A stretch of DNA of 64,000 bases from an uncultured Clostridia bacterium (lineage in GTDB: Bacteria; Bacillota; Clostridia; Oscillospirales; CAG-272): contig CAOKAC010000006.1 in NCBI GenBank assembly GCA_948466345.1, forward strand, positions 36,200-100,199, given 5' to 3'. Below are positions 43,124-53,017 of the stretch, piece after piece. The notes under the pieces were generated by a model. That model searched no databases, was not told where the DNA came from, and saw nothing but the letters and a program-made list of their open reading frames with translations. The translations under genes and the position numbers were made by a program. Numbering within the stretch: position 1 is the first letter of the stretch; every line of letters starts with the position of its first letter.

Positions 43124-43718
43124 GTCAGACTTTCTTGCGGCACTGGAAACTGCGCTGCAGGGACTGCCTCAAAACGACATAGATAAATCTATCGAATATT
43201 ACAATGAAATCATCGACGATCAAATAGAAGATGGAATCAGTGAGGCGGATGCAGTAGCTGCACTGGGTGTCCCCGAAGAAGTTGCAAAGCAAATTTTATT
43301 GGATACTGCATTACCCAAACTCATGCGAGCCAAAGTAAAGCCTACCCGCACACTGCGTGCCTGGGAAATTACCCTGCTGACTCTTGGGTCGCCTGTTTGG
43401 GCTGCTCTGCTCCTTGCTGCAGCTTCTGTGTTGTTTTCCCTTTACATTACAATCTGGGCAGTAATTGTTTGCCTGTATGCATGCAATCTTACCTTTGCCC
43501 TAAGTACTGTAATATGCCCGATACAAGGCTGTATATTCACCTTCACCGGGCATTACGCAGCAGCAGCGTTTTACTTTGGAGCAACGCTCGCCTGCTTTGG
43601 TATATCGATACTTATGTTTTTCGGATTTAATAACATGACAGCCAAGCTTGTGGGCCTCAGCAAACAGCTTGTGTTGTGGATCAAATCTCTGTTTCTCAAA
43701 AGGAGACGCACAAAATGA
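43116..43718 (+). CDS. DUF1700 family membrane protein
   Basis: MCKSDFLAALETALQGLPQNDIDKSIEYYNEIIDD, then TM helices. GGGAGG lies 9 nt upstream, and the gene overlaps the padR stop. Confidence 0.7.
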   Translation: MCKSDFLAALETALQGLPQNDIDKSIEYYNEIIDDQIEDGISEADAVAALGVPEEVAKQILLDTALPKLMRAKVKPTRTLRAWEITLLTLGSPVWAALLLAAASVLFSLYITIWAVIVCLYACNLTFALSTVICPIQGCIFTFTGHYAAAAFYFGATLACFGISILMFFGFNNMTAKLVGLSKQLVLWIKSLFLKRRRTK

Positions 43719-44626
43719 ATAAAACGAAAAAAATATGGGTTCTTGCCGCAGCAATTTGTCTCTTTATAGGATGTATCATTGTGTGCGGTTCCGCCGCCTC
43801 CGTAGGCTTTGACTTTACTAAATTTAATACCTACACTCTAGAAAAGAAAACATACGCCATAAACGAGCCTTTTGAAAATATTGATATACAGACTACCGAA
43901 GCTAACATCATCCTTCTCCCATCAGAAAATGATTCTTGTGAAATCATCTGCGCAGAAAACGACAAAATCATGCACGTGGTCTCCGTTGAAAACGACACCT
44001 TGAAAATCGTACGCAAAGACACACGCAAATGGTACGAATGCATCGGCGTTTTTTACAGCATTTCCGATTTTGAAATTCAAGTGTACCTGCCCCAAAAAGA
44101 TTATAATACACTGCACACAGCCAGCGTTAGCGGAGATATCATCGTACCGGATACGTTTGCCTTCAGCGAGGCAAATCTGTCAACCACCAGTGGCGATATA
44201 TCCTTCGAGGCAAAATCAGAAACCGCTTGGAATGGAAAAAGTGTCAGCGGAGACATTGATGTCAAAAATATCGCCAGTGGTGCGGTAAATATCCATACTA
44301 CCAGCGGAGAAATCGATTTGGAGGATGTCCTGGCAAATTCTATTAACTTAGGAACTACCAGTGGAGACATATCGCTGGAGAATGCATTAGCGCAAAAAGA
44401 ACTGTTTATAAAAAGTACAAGCGGAGAGGTATCCCTGGAAAGCTGCGACGGAGGGGATATAACCATTAAAACTACTAGCGGAGATGTAAAAGGCTCCCTG
44501 CGCAGCGAAAAACAGTTTGTTACCCATACGACCAGTGGAGATATCCACGTGCAGGATTCTGCCTTTGCAGCAGAAAAATGTACGGTCAATACAACCAGCG
44601 GAGACATCCGCTTTACAATAGAATGA
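43715..44626 (+). CDS. DUF4097 family beta-strand repeat protein (signal anchor)
   Basis: MNKTKKIWVLAAAICLFIGCIIV anchor and 8 or more TTSGDI / SVSGDI repeats. The PadR-DUF1700-DUF4097 order is canonical. Confidence 0.75.
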   Translation: MNKTKKIWVLAAAICLFIGCIIVCGSAASVGFDFTKFNTYTLEKKTYAINEPFENIDIQTTEANIILLPSENDSCEIICAENDKIMHVVSVENDTLKIVRKDTRKWYECIGVFYSISDFEIQVYLPQKDYNTLHTASVSGDIIVPDTFAFSEANLSTTSGDISFEAKSETAWNGKSVSGDIDVKNIASGAVNIHTTSGEIDLEDVLANSINLGTTSGDISLENALAQKELFIKSTSGEVSLESCDGGDITIKTTSGDVKGSLRSEKQFVTHTTSGDIHVQDSAFAAEKCTVNTTSGDIRFTIE

Positions 44627-44627
44627 T

Positions 44628-44657
44628 AAAAAAGCCTTCCTATGGGAAGGCTTTTTT
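44628..44657. terminator. bidirectional terminator
   Basis: GCCTTCC-TATG-GGAAGGC stem (44634-44651) with A5 and T6 flanks, between convergent genes. Confidence 0.7.
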
Positions 44658-44659
44658 AC

Positions 44660-45574
44660 TTAAAGAATCATTGATTTGTGTCTGGATACGTGACAGTTGA
44701 TATTCACCGCTACTGGAAGCCCCGCAATATGGGTTGGCGCGTGGTTGATACGCACAGCCAGAGCCGTTGTATCTCCTCCAAAACCTTGGGGGCCGATTCC
44801 TGTCTCATTAACAGCACGAAAAATTTTCTCTTCCAATTGCCTGTAGTGAATATCCTCGGCAGGCGTATCCCGCAGCAGCGCCTCTTTTGCCAATAGAGCA
44901 ACGCCCTCAAAATTGGCGCCGATCCCCACTCCTACAATAATTGGCGGGCATGGATTGGCACCGGCACGCAATACGGTATCCACTACAAACTGAACAATAT
45001 CCTCCTCTGTGGCAGAAGGCGTAAACATTTTAACAGCGCTCATATTCTCACTGCCAAATCCTTTAGGCGCGGCGGTAAGCCGTATCGCTCCTGCGAGCTT
45101 AGGATCCCTCGAAAAGGAAACGCGCAGCGCAGCTGGCGTATTGTCCTCCGTATTTGTCCGATCATATAATGGATCCCGTACAATAGACTTGCGCAGACTT
45201 CCATCCACATATGCACGATGCACGCCTTCATTGACCGCATCTTCTAAAATCCCATCAATATATACACCCTGTCCGATTTCGCAAAATAGTACCGCCATCC
45301 CCGTATCCTGGCAAATGGGTACATCCATTTCATCCGCCGCCGCTATGTTCTCTTTCAGTGTATCTAAAACTCCTCTGGCAACCGCATCCCGCTCTCTGGA
45401 TTTCGCCGTGGAAATCAGTCGGCAAACAGCAGAGGGCAACCGATAATTTGCTTCAATAAAAAGTGTGCGCACCGCATCGGCTATAGCAGCATGATCTATT
45501 ACGCGCACCGAGCTCCCTGCTATTTCTATATACTTTTTTTCGTATTCCATATATGGATTCCTTTTTTGCATCAA
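44660..45574 (-). CDS. Fe-S hydro-lyase alpha subunit (class I fumarate/tartrate dehydratase, N-terminal-domain type)
   Basis: ICQDTGMAVLFCEIGQ and AAPKGFGSENMS motifs. About 295 aa, the size of a stand-alone alpha subunit. Confidence 0.8.
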   Translation of the reverse strand: MMQKRNPYMEYEKKYIEIAGSSVRVIDHAAIADAVRTLFIEANYRLPSAVCRLISTAKSRERDAVARGVLDTLKENIAAADEMDVPICQDTGMAVLFCEIGQGVYIDGILEDAVNEGVHRAYVDGSLRKSIVRDPLYDRTNTEDNTPAALRVSFSRDPKLAGAIRLTAAPKGFGSENMSAVKMFTPSATEEDIVQFVVDTVLRAGANPCPPIIVGVGIGANFEGVALLAKEALLRDTPAEDIHYRQLEEKIFRAVNETGIGPQGFGGDTTALAVRINHAPTHIAGLPVAVNINCHVSRHKSMIL

Positions 45575-45885
45575 TTATACAAGTCGTTGTAGAACATAAT
45601 TTCTTCCGGCAGGCGCAAATTCAATTTGTCCTTTGCAATGTCGATAATATATTTCTCATCCACAGGAGCCTTGAGTTTCTCCTCCAGTTCATCTTTTTGA
45701 TCCTGGAAAGCGGTTACCTCGGCCTTTTTTATATCGCGCTCTGTCCGGAGTGCATTAGATTTAAGCTGTAAGTGCACAATATAAATTCCCGCAAATACAG
45801 CCAAAGCAAAAATTGCGATCTTTACAAACATACCTGTATTTTTTTTATCCATGGATAAAGCCGTACCTTTCTTTGAACTTCCCAT
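45571..45885 (-). CDS. septum formation initiator (FtsB/DivIC family)
   Basis: A single TM helix (FVKIAIFALAVFAGIYIV), then a coiled coil. It sits downstream of yabQ, as in the B. subtilis yab cluster. The start is 45885 or 45852. Confidence 0.7.
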   Translation of the reverse strand: MGSSKKGTALSMDKKNTGMFVKIAIFALAVFAGIYIVHLQLKSNALRTERDIKKAEVTAFQDQKDELEEKLKAPVDEKYIIDIAKDKLNLRLPEEIMFYNDLYN

Positions 45886-45891
45886 TTTCTT

Positions 45892-46461
45892 TTATGTAAA
45901 CCGGACTTTCTTTGCCCAGCTTTTTTTCCATTTTTCCGTTTGACGAATCCGCCGTCTGCGCAGAATCCGCCGTTTTGCTGGATCCAGAAGCTTGTAAACC
46001 CATCTCCCAATCCATATCAGTGGTTGGGTCAATAAATATAGGATACATCCGATTATTCCGCGGAGAAAAGCCACTATATATCCGGAAAGATATAGCACCA
46101 GCTTTCCTACACTGTAATAGTACGCAAAAAATCCCAGCACGCATCCTAGAAGCAAATACCACCGAAAACGACCGTTGTTCAGCGCATACAGGAATATACA
46201 AAAGCACACGCCTGTGCTCAATCCATACACTATATCCAGTAAATGAACAAAAATCAACGTAGACACAGGCCCTTTGCCGATTTTCCCGATCCGCCGCATT
46301 GGCAGACGTCCAATCCACGATATATGTGCTACATGCACCGGAGTGATCCCCGTAAGCATCCGTGTAATGCGCAGCACATCATATAACACACCCAAAAACA
46401 GTCCCAGCAGAAGCGCATATAATGTGATCTGCAGCTGATATAAAATTACAATAAACTGCAT
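45892..46461 (-). CDS. yabQ: spore cortex biosynthesis protein YabQ
   Basis: QITLYALLLGLFLGVLYDVLRI N-terminal motif, polytopic, immediately after yabP. Confidence 0.75.
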   Translation of the reverse strand: MQFIVILYQLQITLYALLLGLFLGVLYDVLRITRMLTGITPVHVAHISWIGRLPMRRIGKIGKGPVSTLIFVHLLDIVYGLSTGVCFCIFLYALNNGRFRWYLLLGCVLGFFAYYYSVGKLVLYLSGYIVAFLRGIIGCILYLLTQPLIWIGRWVYKLLDPAKRRILRRRRIRQTEKWKKSWAKKVRFT

Positions 46462-46736
46462 TAGCCTAAAAATCGACGCAGCAGTCCATTTTTCTGGCTG
46501 GGCGCCTTACCATAATAACAAAAAGAACTTACCACTCCTGTAATACAAATATGCCCCGTTTCCGAGCTAAAGCTGTCTATTTTCAAATCTGTACCTTCCA
46601 CAGCAATCATCCCGCCACTGTAGGACATTTCCACAGAAGTATCAGAAAAAGCAGACACATCGGATATGCCCGTCATTTCCAGCTTTTTTCGATCATATAA
46701 AAATATGTTCTGCGCCTGTACCGCTTCCTCATTCAT
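46461..46736 (-). CDS. yabP: sporulation protein YabP
   Basis: NIFLYDRKKLEMTGISDVSAFSDTSVEM...IAVEGTDLKIDSF matches the YabP family. Confidence 0.85.
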   Translation of the reverse strand: MNEEAVQAQNIFLYDRKKLEMTGISDVSAFSDTSVEMSYSGGMIAVEGTDLKIDSFSSETGHICITGVVSSFCYYGKAPSQKNGLLRRFLG

Positions 46737-46798
46737 AATATAAGCCTCCTATCCATTCACTCGTCAATTAAAGCTATGTGAGAGGAGACCAAAATATG

Positions 46799-47044
46799 TC
46801 ACTGCTCAATAATTTCGTACATGGAAGACGCATCCGCTTTTGCTACGTGTTCTCGTATATCCAATACACGAAACCGCAATACTCGTTCACCAAAAGTAAT
46901 CTCTACTACATCCCCCTGCTTTACGTCATAAGAAGCCTTGGCTCGACGACCGTTGACCTGCACATGATCGTTATCACACGCCTCGTTAGCAACGGTACGG
47001 CGCTTGATCACACGGGAAACCTTTAAAAACTTATCCAGTCTCAT
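46799..47044 (-). CDS. S4-domain RNA-binding protein (YabO/Hsp15-like)
   Basis: MRLDKFLKVSRVIKRRTVANEACDNDHVQVNGRRAK..YDVKQGDVV. Confidence 0.8.
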   Translation of the reverse strand: MRLDKFLKVSRVIKRRTVANEACDNDHVQVNGRRAKASYDVKQGDVVEITFGERVLRFRVLDIREHVAKADASSMYEIIEQ

Positions 47045-47080
47045 TACACTGTCCGGATTCCTTTTCATAAAATAGGAGAA

Positions 47081-47105
47081 ACAGCCCCGATATTATCGGA
47101 GCTGT
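47081..47105 (-). terminator. hairpin terminator after hup
   Basis: ACAGCCCCGAT / ATCGGAGCTGT (10 of 11 pairs), 17 nt past the hup stop. The downstream sequence on the minus strand is T-rich. Confidence 0.45.
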
Positions 47106-47121
47106 CACAAAACATGCAAAA

Positions 47122-47397
47122 TTAGCCGTTTACCTTTTCTTTCAGGGCCTTGCCTGCAGAGAAGGAAGGATATTTAGATGCAGGGATTTTGATTTCTGCT
47201 CCAGTAGCAGGGTTACGACCAGTACGAGCAGCTCTTTCTTTCACGTCAAAACTACCAAAGCCAATGATCTGGATTTTTTCACCTGCAATCAATGCTTCTT
47301 CGATTGCCTCAAATACAGCAGCAACAGCCGCGTCTGCGTCTTTCTTTTTCAGATCGGTTTTTGCTGCGACTACATCAATCAGTTGCGTCTTGTTCAT
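47122..47397 (-). CDS. hup: HU family DNA-binding protein
   Basis: [11 protein letters not shown]...[30 protein letters not shown]. Confidence 0.95.
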   Translation of the reverse strand: MNKTQLIDVVAAKTDLKKKDADAAVAAVFEAIEEALIAGEKIQIIGFGSFDVKERAARTGRNPATGAEIKIPASKYPSFSAGKALKEKVNG

Positions 47398-47569
47398 TTT
47401 CTGAATCCTTTCATCATTAAAATTCCGAAACTTTGCTTTACAACGTGTTTCTTGCGGTTAGTATACCACTTTTTTTCAATATTGACAAGGGTTTTTTAGA
47501 ATTTTCTTCCTAAAAGCAATGGATTTTGCCTATTTTTCATTCCTTTTAAAATTTTTTACGAAAAAGCCC

Positions 47570-48277
47570 TCATTGCGCCATTTCTGCGCGTTCTGCTTCT
47601 GTAATAAACGCGTCACATCGCTGCGACAGTGCCGCTTCTAAATCGATACCTTCCAGTTGCGCCACTGCACATAACGCAAAAACAGTATTTGCCAAATCCG
47701 CCGCAAAATCCCCACTCTCACCAGATATACAACGCTTTACATCCGAAAACGCCGCCTTGCTGGACAAGTAGCCGATAGAAAGCTTTTTTCGTGCCTTATC
47801 CTGAATTTTCTGGGCGCGCATCAAAGCCGGCAGATACGGTGGCACCCTGCGCAAAGATTGGGCCACACTTTCAATCTGCTTTTCTTCTTTTTTGATCTCG
47901 TCCCAATTCTGCAGCACCGCTTCACTGGTTGTCGCCTCCGTTGTGCTGAAAACATGGGGATGCCGATGAATCATTTTTTCTGTTATATCATGAATCACAT
48001 CGGCTATGTCAAATGTTCCCTGCTCCTCCTCAATACGGGCATGGAACACCGCTTGAAACAATAAATCCCCCAATTCTTCCCGTAAAAGTGTCGGATTTTC
48101 TGTGTCAATAGCTTCTATCACTTCATAGGTTTCTTCAATTAGGCAGCCGCGAATACTGGTGTGTGTCTGCTCCCTATCCCAAGGGCAACCACACTCCCCA
48201 CGCAAAACCTCCATCACCGACCGCAGAGAATCAAAATCATGCCGCTTTTCGTTTTTAAGTTCCTGTATATTTTTCAT
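47570..48277 (-). CDS. mazG: MazG family nucleoside triphosphate pyrophosphohydrolase
   Basis: CPWDREQTH..I....IEETYEV..AI and EELGDLLFQ motifs. Confidence 0.85.
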   Translation of the reverse strand: MKNIQELKNEKRHDFDSLRSVMEVLRGECGCPWDREQTHTSIRGCLIEETYEVIEAIDTENPTLLREELGDLLFQAVFHARIEEEQGTFDIADVIHDITEKMIHRHPHVFSTTEATTSEAVLQNWDEIKKEEKQIESVAQSLRRVPPYLPALMRAQKIQDKARKKLSIGYLSSKAAFSDVKRCISGESGDFAADLANTVFALCAVAQLEGIDLEAALSQRCDAFITEAERAEMAQ

Positions 48278-48322
48278 CAGTATACTGTACCTTCTCCCCC
48301 TGCATTTATGCCTTCTATTTCC

Positions 48323-49936
48323 CTATTTTACAAGCTTCATTTTATTCAACAGCCCATATATTTTCTCACCCTTAGGAAGCAGCTTTACATCCTCTCCCGA
48401 TACGCCGCGCAAAAGGAAAATCAGAACCAAATATACCAGCCCGGCCAGACAGATTGCCGCAATTGTTGCGAGCTTGCCGCTGACTGCGCCAGCCATAAGC
48501 TCCCATGAGAAAAATGCCGCTGCCGCGCAAGCGATGCTGGCTATAAGCGGCTTGCCAAAAAGGCCCGATAATTTTGGCATCACACCTACATGCTTGTATA
48601 CAAAATACAAATTCATTACCGTTACGGTAAGATAGCACAAAAACGTGGAAATCGGCGTACCTTTCATGCCAATCACCTGAATTAAAAAATAGTTTGTTAC
48701 AATTTTCACACAGGCGCCGGTCAGCATGGAAATCAGGGGCTTACGTTCGTGTCCATTTGCCTGCAAAATTGCGTTGGTTACAGATAAAATACAGATAAAC
48801 GCAGTAGAAGGGGCAAGAAGCGTAAGCAGCGGCGCAGCCAGTTCAACGGAACTTGCTTTATAGAACAAGTCCAAAATTGGACGGGAAAGGGCCGCAAGTC
48901 CAAGCCCACTTGGAATACCAATCAACATCGCCACCCGCATGGAAGACTCCATTACCAGGCGGCACCGCTGTTGATCTCCTTTCTTTTTAGCAGCAGAAAG
49001 AAGCGGCACGATGGAATAGGAAATTGGATAAATTAGAACTGGCGGCAAATTGAACATAGGCACGGCAAGAGAAGTATAGTTGCCATACAGAGAAGTTGCT
49101 GCTACTTGGGTAAGCCCGGTAGACTGCAGCAGTTGCTGCACAATAGCTGCATCAATCAAATTGGTAAGACTCATGACAGAAGCGCTAATCGTAATGGGTA
49201 ACGCTACAATCACAAGTTTTTTCAGCAAGGTCTTTCCAGGCAGAACCGTCTCGTCCATCCCTGAAACTGCCACATATTCCGCGTCGTACTGTCGTTCCTT
49301 AAAGAACAGCTTTGCAAAGGTAAGAAACATCATACCAAGTCCGGCACCAATGGTTAGACCCACCGCAGCATATGCCGCTACAATATAAATGGGCATATCC
49401 ATACGGATGGCATATAACGCCAAGGTAATCCCCACCCCCAGCTTGCACACAGCTTCAATCAGCTGGGAAACCGCCGTAGGAAACATGGACTGATATCCTT
49501 GAAAATATCCACGCAGCGCGCTGGATATGCAAATGAAAAACAATGTAGGTGCAATAGCCATAATGCAGTATTTTGTATTTCCTGCACCAATTAAGGCAGC
49601 TAAGGGACCAGCGCCCAGAAGCATCACCAGCATCCCAACTATACCGATAATAAAGAACAGTACCAGAGACACACGCAAAATCCGTTTAACCTGCCGAATT
49701 TTTCCCGCCGCTCTGCTGTCTGCTACCATAATGGATATGGCTGTTGGCAGTCCTGCTGTAGAAACCATATACAAATATGTATAAATCGTGTAAGCCGCAT
49801 TATAGTATCCCATGCCCTCATCCCCCACAATGTGGTTCATGGGAATTTTAAACATCAAACCAATGGCTTTGACAATTAAATTCGATATTGTTAAAATCAG
49901 AACTCCGGAGAAAAACAGCTTGGAACTGTTGCGCAT
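48323..49936 (-). CDS. MOP-superfamily flippase (YabM/SpoVB/MurJ-like polysaccharide biosynthesis protein)
   Basis: About 14 TM helices. The N-terminus SKLFFSGVLILTISNLIVKAIGLMFKIP is typical. The position upstream of mazG matches B. subtilis yabM. ATG at 49936 follows AAAGGAG. Confidence 0.8.
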   Translation of the reverse strand: MRNSSKLFFSGVLILTISNLIVKAIGLMFKIPMNHIVGDEGMGYYNAAYTIYTYLYMVSTAGLPTAISIMVADSRAAGKIRQVKRILRVSLVLFFIIGIVGMLVMLLGAGPLAALIGAGNTKYCIMAIAPTLFFICISSALRGYFQGYQSMFPTAVSQLIEAVCKLGVGITLALYAIRMDMPIYIVAAYAAVGLTIGAGLGMMFLTFAKLFFKERQYDAEYVAVSGMDETVLPGKTLLKKLVIVALPITISASVMSLTNLIDAAIVQQLLQSTGLTQVAATSLYGNYTSLAVPMFNLPPVLIYPISYSIVPLLSAAKKKGDQQRCRLVMESSMRVAMLIGIPSGLGLAALSRPILDLFYKASSVELAAPLLTLLAPSTAFICILSVTNAILQANGHERKPLISMLTGACVKIVTNYFLIQVIGMKGTPISTFLCYLTVTVMNLYFVYKHVGVMPKLSGLFGKPLIASIACAAAAFFSWELMAGAVSGKLATIAAICLAGLVYLVLIFLLRGVSGEDVKLLPKGEKIYGLLNKMKLVK

Positions 49937-50020
49937 TTTTTCTCCTTTGCCGCCCCTTCCGGAACGAAGTGCTCCACCTAAACTATCTTTCACAGTACAA
50001 TCCCCGTGCCTTTCCATATA

Positions 50021-50060
50021 TTTTTTTGCAAATGGGGTATGTTATCCCATTTGCAAAAAA
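50021..50060. terminator. hairpin terminator with A/T flanks
   Basis: TTGCAAATGGG / CCCATTTGCAA 11-bp stem (50026-50036 / 50046-50056), with T7 upstream and A6 downstream. Confidence 0.55.
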
Positions 50061-50150
50061 TGAAACGTGAAAAAGTAAATTTGGGCAAAGCTTTCCCCAT
50101 TTTTCACGCTATGTTCCTTTTCTGCATCCCGATATATGGCAAGCAGCCTG

Positions 50151-51050
50151 TCAGATGATAAATTCTCTAAATACTGATCCCATAGGAATCATAGACACAT
50201 CTACAGCGCTGTGGGAAAATTGCCGCAGCCGCCCCCGCAAATCCTGTATTTGTAAATAATGACAGCCATCTTCAGGATAATCATCGGTAATACGCAAAAA
50301 GTATTTGCCAATCAAAAAGATTTCATAAGGCAACATGGAATTAATCACATGATCGCAGCGCTCCACATAAGGAAAAATATTTATCTCCTCGTTCTCCCGG
50401 ACAGAATTCCATAAAGACATAGTATATTCCGGAGCAGCGTCTCTATGATAAAAGTCCCGAACAATCCTGCGCATCAGCCGGATCTCGCTTTTATCAAAAG
50501 CGGTTCCGCAAATGTTGGCTCCCTGGGCCACACTGATGTAAATGCTCTTGTATCCAAATGGCTCCAAAATTTCCGTGATCTGCGGATATATTGCCTGAAT
50601 CCCTTCAAATATATAAATATCTCTGGCATCCGGTTTATATTCCGTATACGCCACTCTCTTGCGCTGTGGGAAGTCAAAGGTAGGAAGATGTACTGTCTTT
50701 CCAGCCGCAATGGCCTCCACTACTGTGGTAAAATAGGCTAGGTCCAGAGAATCTGCGCCTTCAAAATCTATAATCCCCCGTCTCTGCATCTCCGCATGAT
50801 CCAGATAAAAATCATCGATAGACAATACCCTAGCACGCCGCCCGGCACGCTCTATTTCTCCTGTCAACTTAGAGGCCGTCGTCGTTTTTCCTGAACAGGA
50901 AGGCCCGGACAGTGTTACACAGCGTAGCCCCTCTGCTCTCGCCAGCTCCTCTGAAACCGCATGCAGTCGCGCTTCAAACTGCACTTCACATTCCCTGCAG
51001 AAGGCCTGAGCCTCCTCTTTTGTTTCATATATACGATCTATTGCAATCAT
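50151..51050 (-). CDS. uridine kinase/PRK-family nucleoside kinase-like P-loop protein
   Basis: LSGPSCSGKTTTASKL Walker A, LSIDDFY and IFEGIQA, with an N-terminal extension of about 45 aa. Confidence 0.6.
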   Translation of the reverse strand: MIAIDRIYETKEEAQAFCRECEVQFEARLHAVSEELARAEGLRCVTLSGPSCSGKTTTASKLTGEIERAGRRARVLSIDDFYLDHAEMQRRGIIDFEGADSLDLAYFTTVVEAIAAGKTVHLPTFDFPQRKRVAYTEYKPDARDIYIFEGIQAIYPQITEILEPFGYKSIYISVAQGANICGTAFDKSEIRLMRRIVRDFYHRDAAPEYTMSLWNSVRENEEINIFPYVERCDHVINSMLPYEIFLIGKYFLRITDDYPEDGCHYLQIQDLRGRLRQFSHSAVDVSMIPMGSVFREFII

Positions 51051-51058
51051 AAATGCTT

Positions 51059-52555
51059 TTATTTCTCCCTAAATTTCATATAGAAGTCCGCTGCAGACTG
51101 ATAAAGCCGCTCGGCTTTATCAGCAGCATCTTCCCCTGTAAGATATTCATATGGATATTTTTTCTCAGACATGCGTAGGATATGCTTTTTCCCTCGCGCC
51201 GGAGAAACTAGTTTTGTCATTGCCGACGCTCCCGCACCAAATATAGAGTGTATCTCCTCCATCATATAAATGTTATATAGGCATGGATGCCCCGGCAGGG
51301 AATATCCTGTATTTTCCAAATTTGCCGCTGTATTTTTTTGCCGATACAGGTAATAGGGCTCATAGCCAGCGCTTTGTATCAGCACAGCAGAATCTTCTAC
51401 AGCCGCCATAGTCTCCTTATCCTGCACGCGGTAAATATTCTCATCTATCTTTGTAATGTTCGCCCCTCGCTTCACATAAAAGGTATGCACCGTCAGATTT
51501 TCCGGTATAAGAGAAAGCACTTCCCCTAAAGAATGCAAAAAGCTCTCTCTGCTCTCCCCCGGAAGCCCCGCAATCAAATCCACGTTAATATCCCGAATTC
51601 CGCTGTCACGAGCCATTTGATAGGCCCGGTAAAAGTCCGCTGCAGTATGCCGTCTTCCCACAGCGGCAAGAATTTCGTCATTTAAAGTTTGTGTGTTTAC
51701 GCTGATTCGAGTAACGCCTCGGCGGACAGCAATGGCCAGCTTTTCCGCATCAATTGTATCCGGCCTTCCTGCCTCTAAAGTAAATTCTTGGAGCCGTGAA
51801 ACATCCCAGCACTCCCCCACAACGGCAAGCAATATATCCAACTGGGACGCATTTAATGTGGTAGGTGTTCCACCGCCGATATATACCGTAGCAACGTCCA
51901 ATCCCAGTCTGCGAATTGTGCTAAATACTCCACGCACCTGTGAGCACAAAGCAGTGAGATATTCTGGAACCAAAGACAGCAGTCTTGGAGAGGTAAACGA
52001 TACAAAGGAACAATATTCACAGCGGGACGGACAGAAAGGGATCGCAATATACACACTACAAATTTTTCGAATATCTTCTGTAATCAGAGGTTGTGTTCCA
52101 CACGCTGTCTTTACCGCCAAACGCGCCTTTCCCTCCTGGCAGAAAAACTCTGTCATAAGGCGCTGCACTGCTTCATCTGGGTGCATTCCCTGCGCCAGCA
52201 TGTCCATCACCATACTTACGGGCCGCACTCCGGTAAGCATCCCCCAAGGGGGCATAGCCCCACTATACTCCTTACCGGCAAGAAGCATTGCTCCTCCCGC
52301 CGCTGTTTTGCACCGCATTTCACGGGAAAGCCGTGCTGCTGTTTCACAAGGTACCATATACTCCGCGCGCCAGTCTCCTGCAGGCGTATGAATCAAGGCA
52401 TATCCGGTTGCCTGACTAGACACCTCTTGTACTGTCAACTCCACACGAATGCCCGAATTGTCCCCTTCCTCTGGAAATTTAGAGCCCGGAAAAAACAACA
52501 GTACCAGTGTTTCCGCAAAATACCGGCTAATGTTTCCATTGGTGATTAGTCTCAT
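51059..52555 (-). CDS. hemZ: HemN-like radical SAM protein, HemZ type
   Basis: IPFCPSRCEYCSF radical-SAM cluster motif and GGGTPT, with a long N-terminal domain. The size (498 aa) fits clostridial HemZ. Confidence 0.65.
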   Translation of the reverse strand: MRLITNGNISRYFAETLVLLFFPGSKFPEEGDNSGIRVELTVQEVSSQATGYALIHTPAGDWRAEYMVPCETAARLSREMRCKTAAGGAMLLAGKEYSGAMPPWGMLTGVRPVSMVMDMLAQGMHPDEAVQRLMTEFFCQEGKARLAVKTACGTQPLITEDIRKICSVYIAIPFCPSRCEYCSFVSFTSPRLLSLVPEYLTALCSQVRGVFSTIRRLGLDVATVYIGGGTPTTLNASQLDILLAVVGECWDVSRLQEFTLEAGRPDTIDAEKLAIAVRRGVTRISVNTQTLNDEILAAVGRRHTAADFYRAYQMARDSGIRDINVDLIAGLPGESRESFLHSLGEVLSLIPENLTVHTFYVKRGANITKIDENIYRVQDKETMAAVEDSAVLIQSAGYEPYYLYRQKNTAANLENTGYSLPGHPCLYNIYMMEEIHSIFGAGASAMTKLVSPARGKKHILRMSEKKYPYEYLTGEDAADKAERLYQSAADFYMKFREK

Positions 52556-53016
52556 ATGCTCCGCTCGCCTTTCAGTACTCTGCTGTCCATAGGAATCGTA
52601 ACTGGGCCATCGTTTATTAGCGATACCTGCATATCGGCACGAAACTTTCCCCGACAGACATTGGGGACAAGAGGTGCAATATAATCACAAAAATATGCAA
52701 ACAACCCTTCTGCCCGATCCGGCGGCGCGCTGGCAAAAAAGTCAGGCCGGTTGCCTTTTCTGTAAGACGCATATAGAGTAAAATTAGGCACCACCATCAC
52801 CGATCCGCCTATATCACCAATGGATAAATTCATTTTCCCCGCTTCATCCTGAAATACCCGCAGCTTTGCAATTTTCTCAGCCAGTAATCTGGCGTCTTCT
52901 TCCGTATCCTCTGCGGATACCCCAAGTAGAATCAAAAATCCCCGTCCGCACTGGGAGAATTGCTCTCCATCAGCTACAACCGATGCAGAACGGATTCGTT
53001 GTAATATCGCTAACAT
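52552..53016 (-). CDS. dtd: D-aminoacyl-tRNA deacylase
   Basis: MLAILQRI..ASV, SQFTLYA-like NFTLYAS, and GKFRADMQVSLINDGPVT. It follows relA. Confidence 0.9.
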   Translation of the reverse strand: MLAILQRIRSASVVADGEQFSQCGRGFLILLGVSAEDTEEDARLLAEKIAKLRVFQDEAGKMNLSIGDIGGSVMVVPNFTLYASYRKGNRPDFFASAPPDRAEGLFAYFCDYIAPLVPNVCRGKFRADMQVSLINDGPVTIPMDSRVLKGERSI

Positions 53017-53017
53017 A

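Noticed and set aside
44101-44607. A 168-aa minus-strand ORF with a striking repeated SPLVV motif.
   Set aside because: It is the mirror image of the TTSGDI repeats of the DUF4097 gene on the plus strand. The plus-strand gene has the promoter, SD, operon context and terminator.
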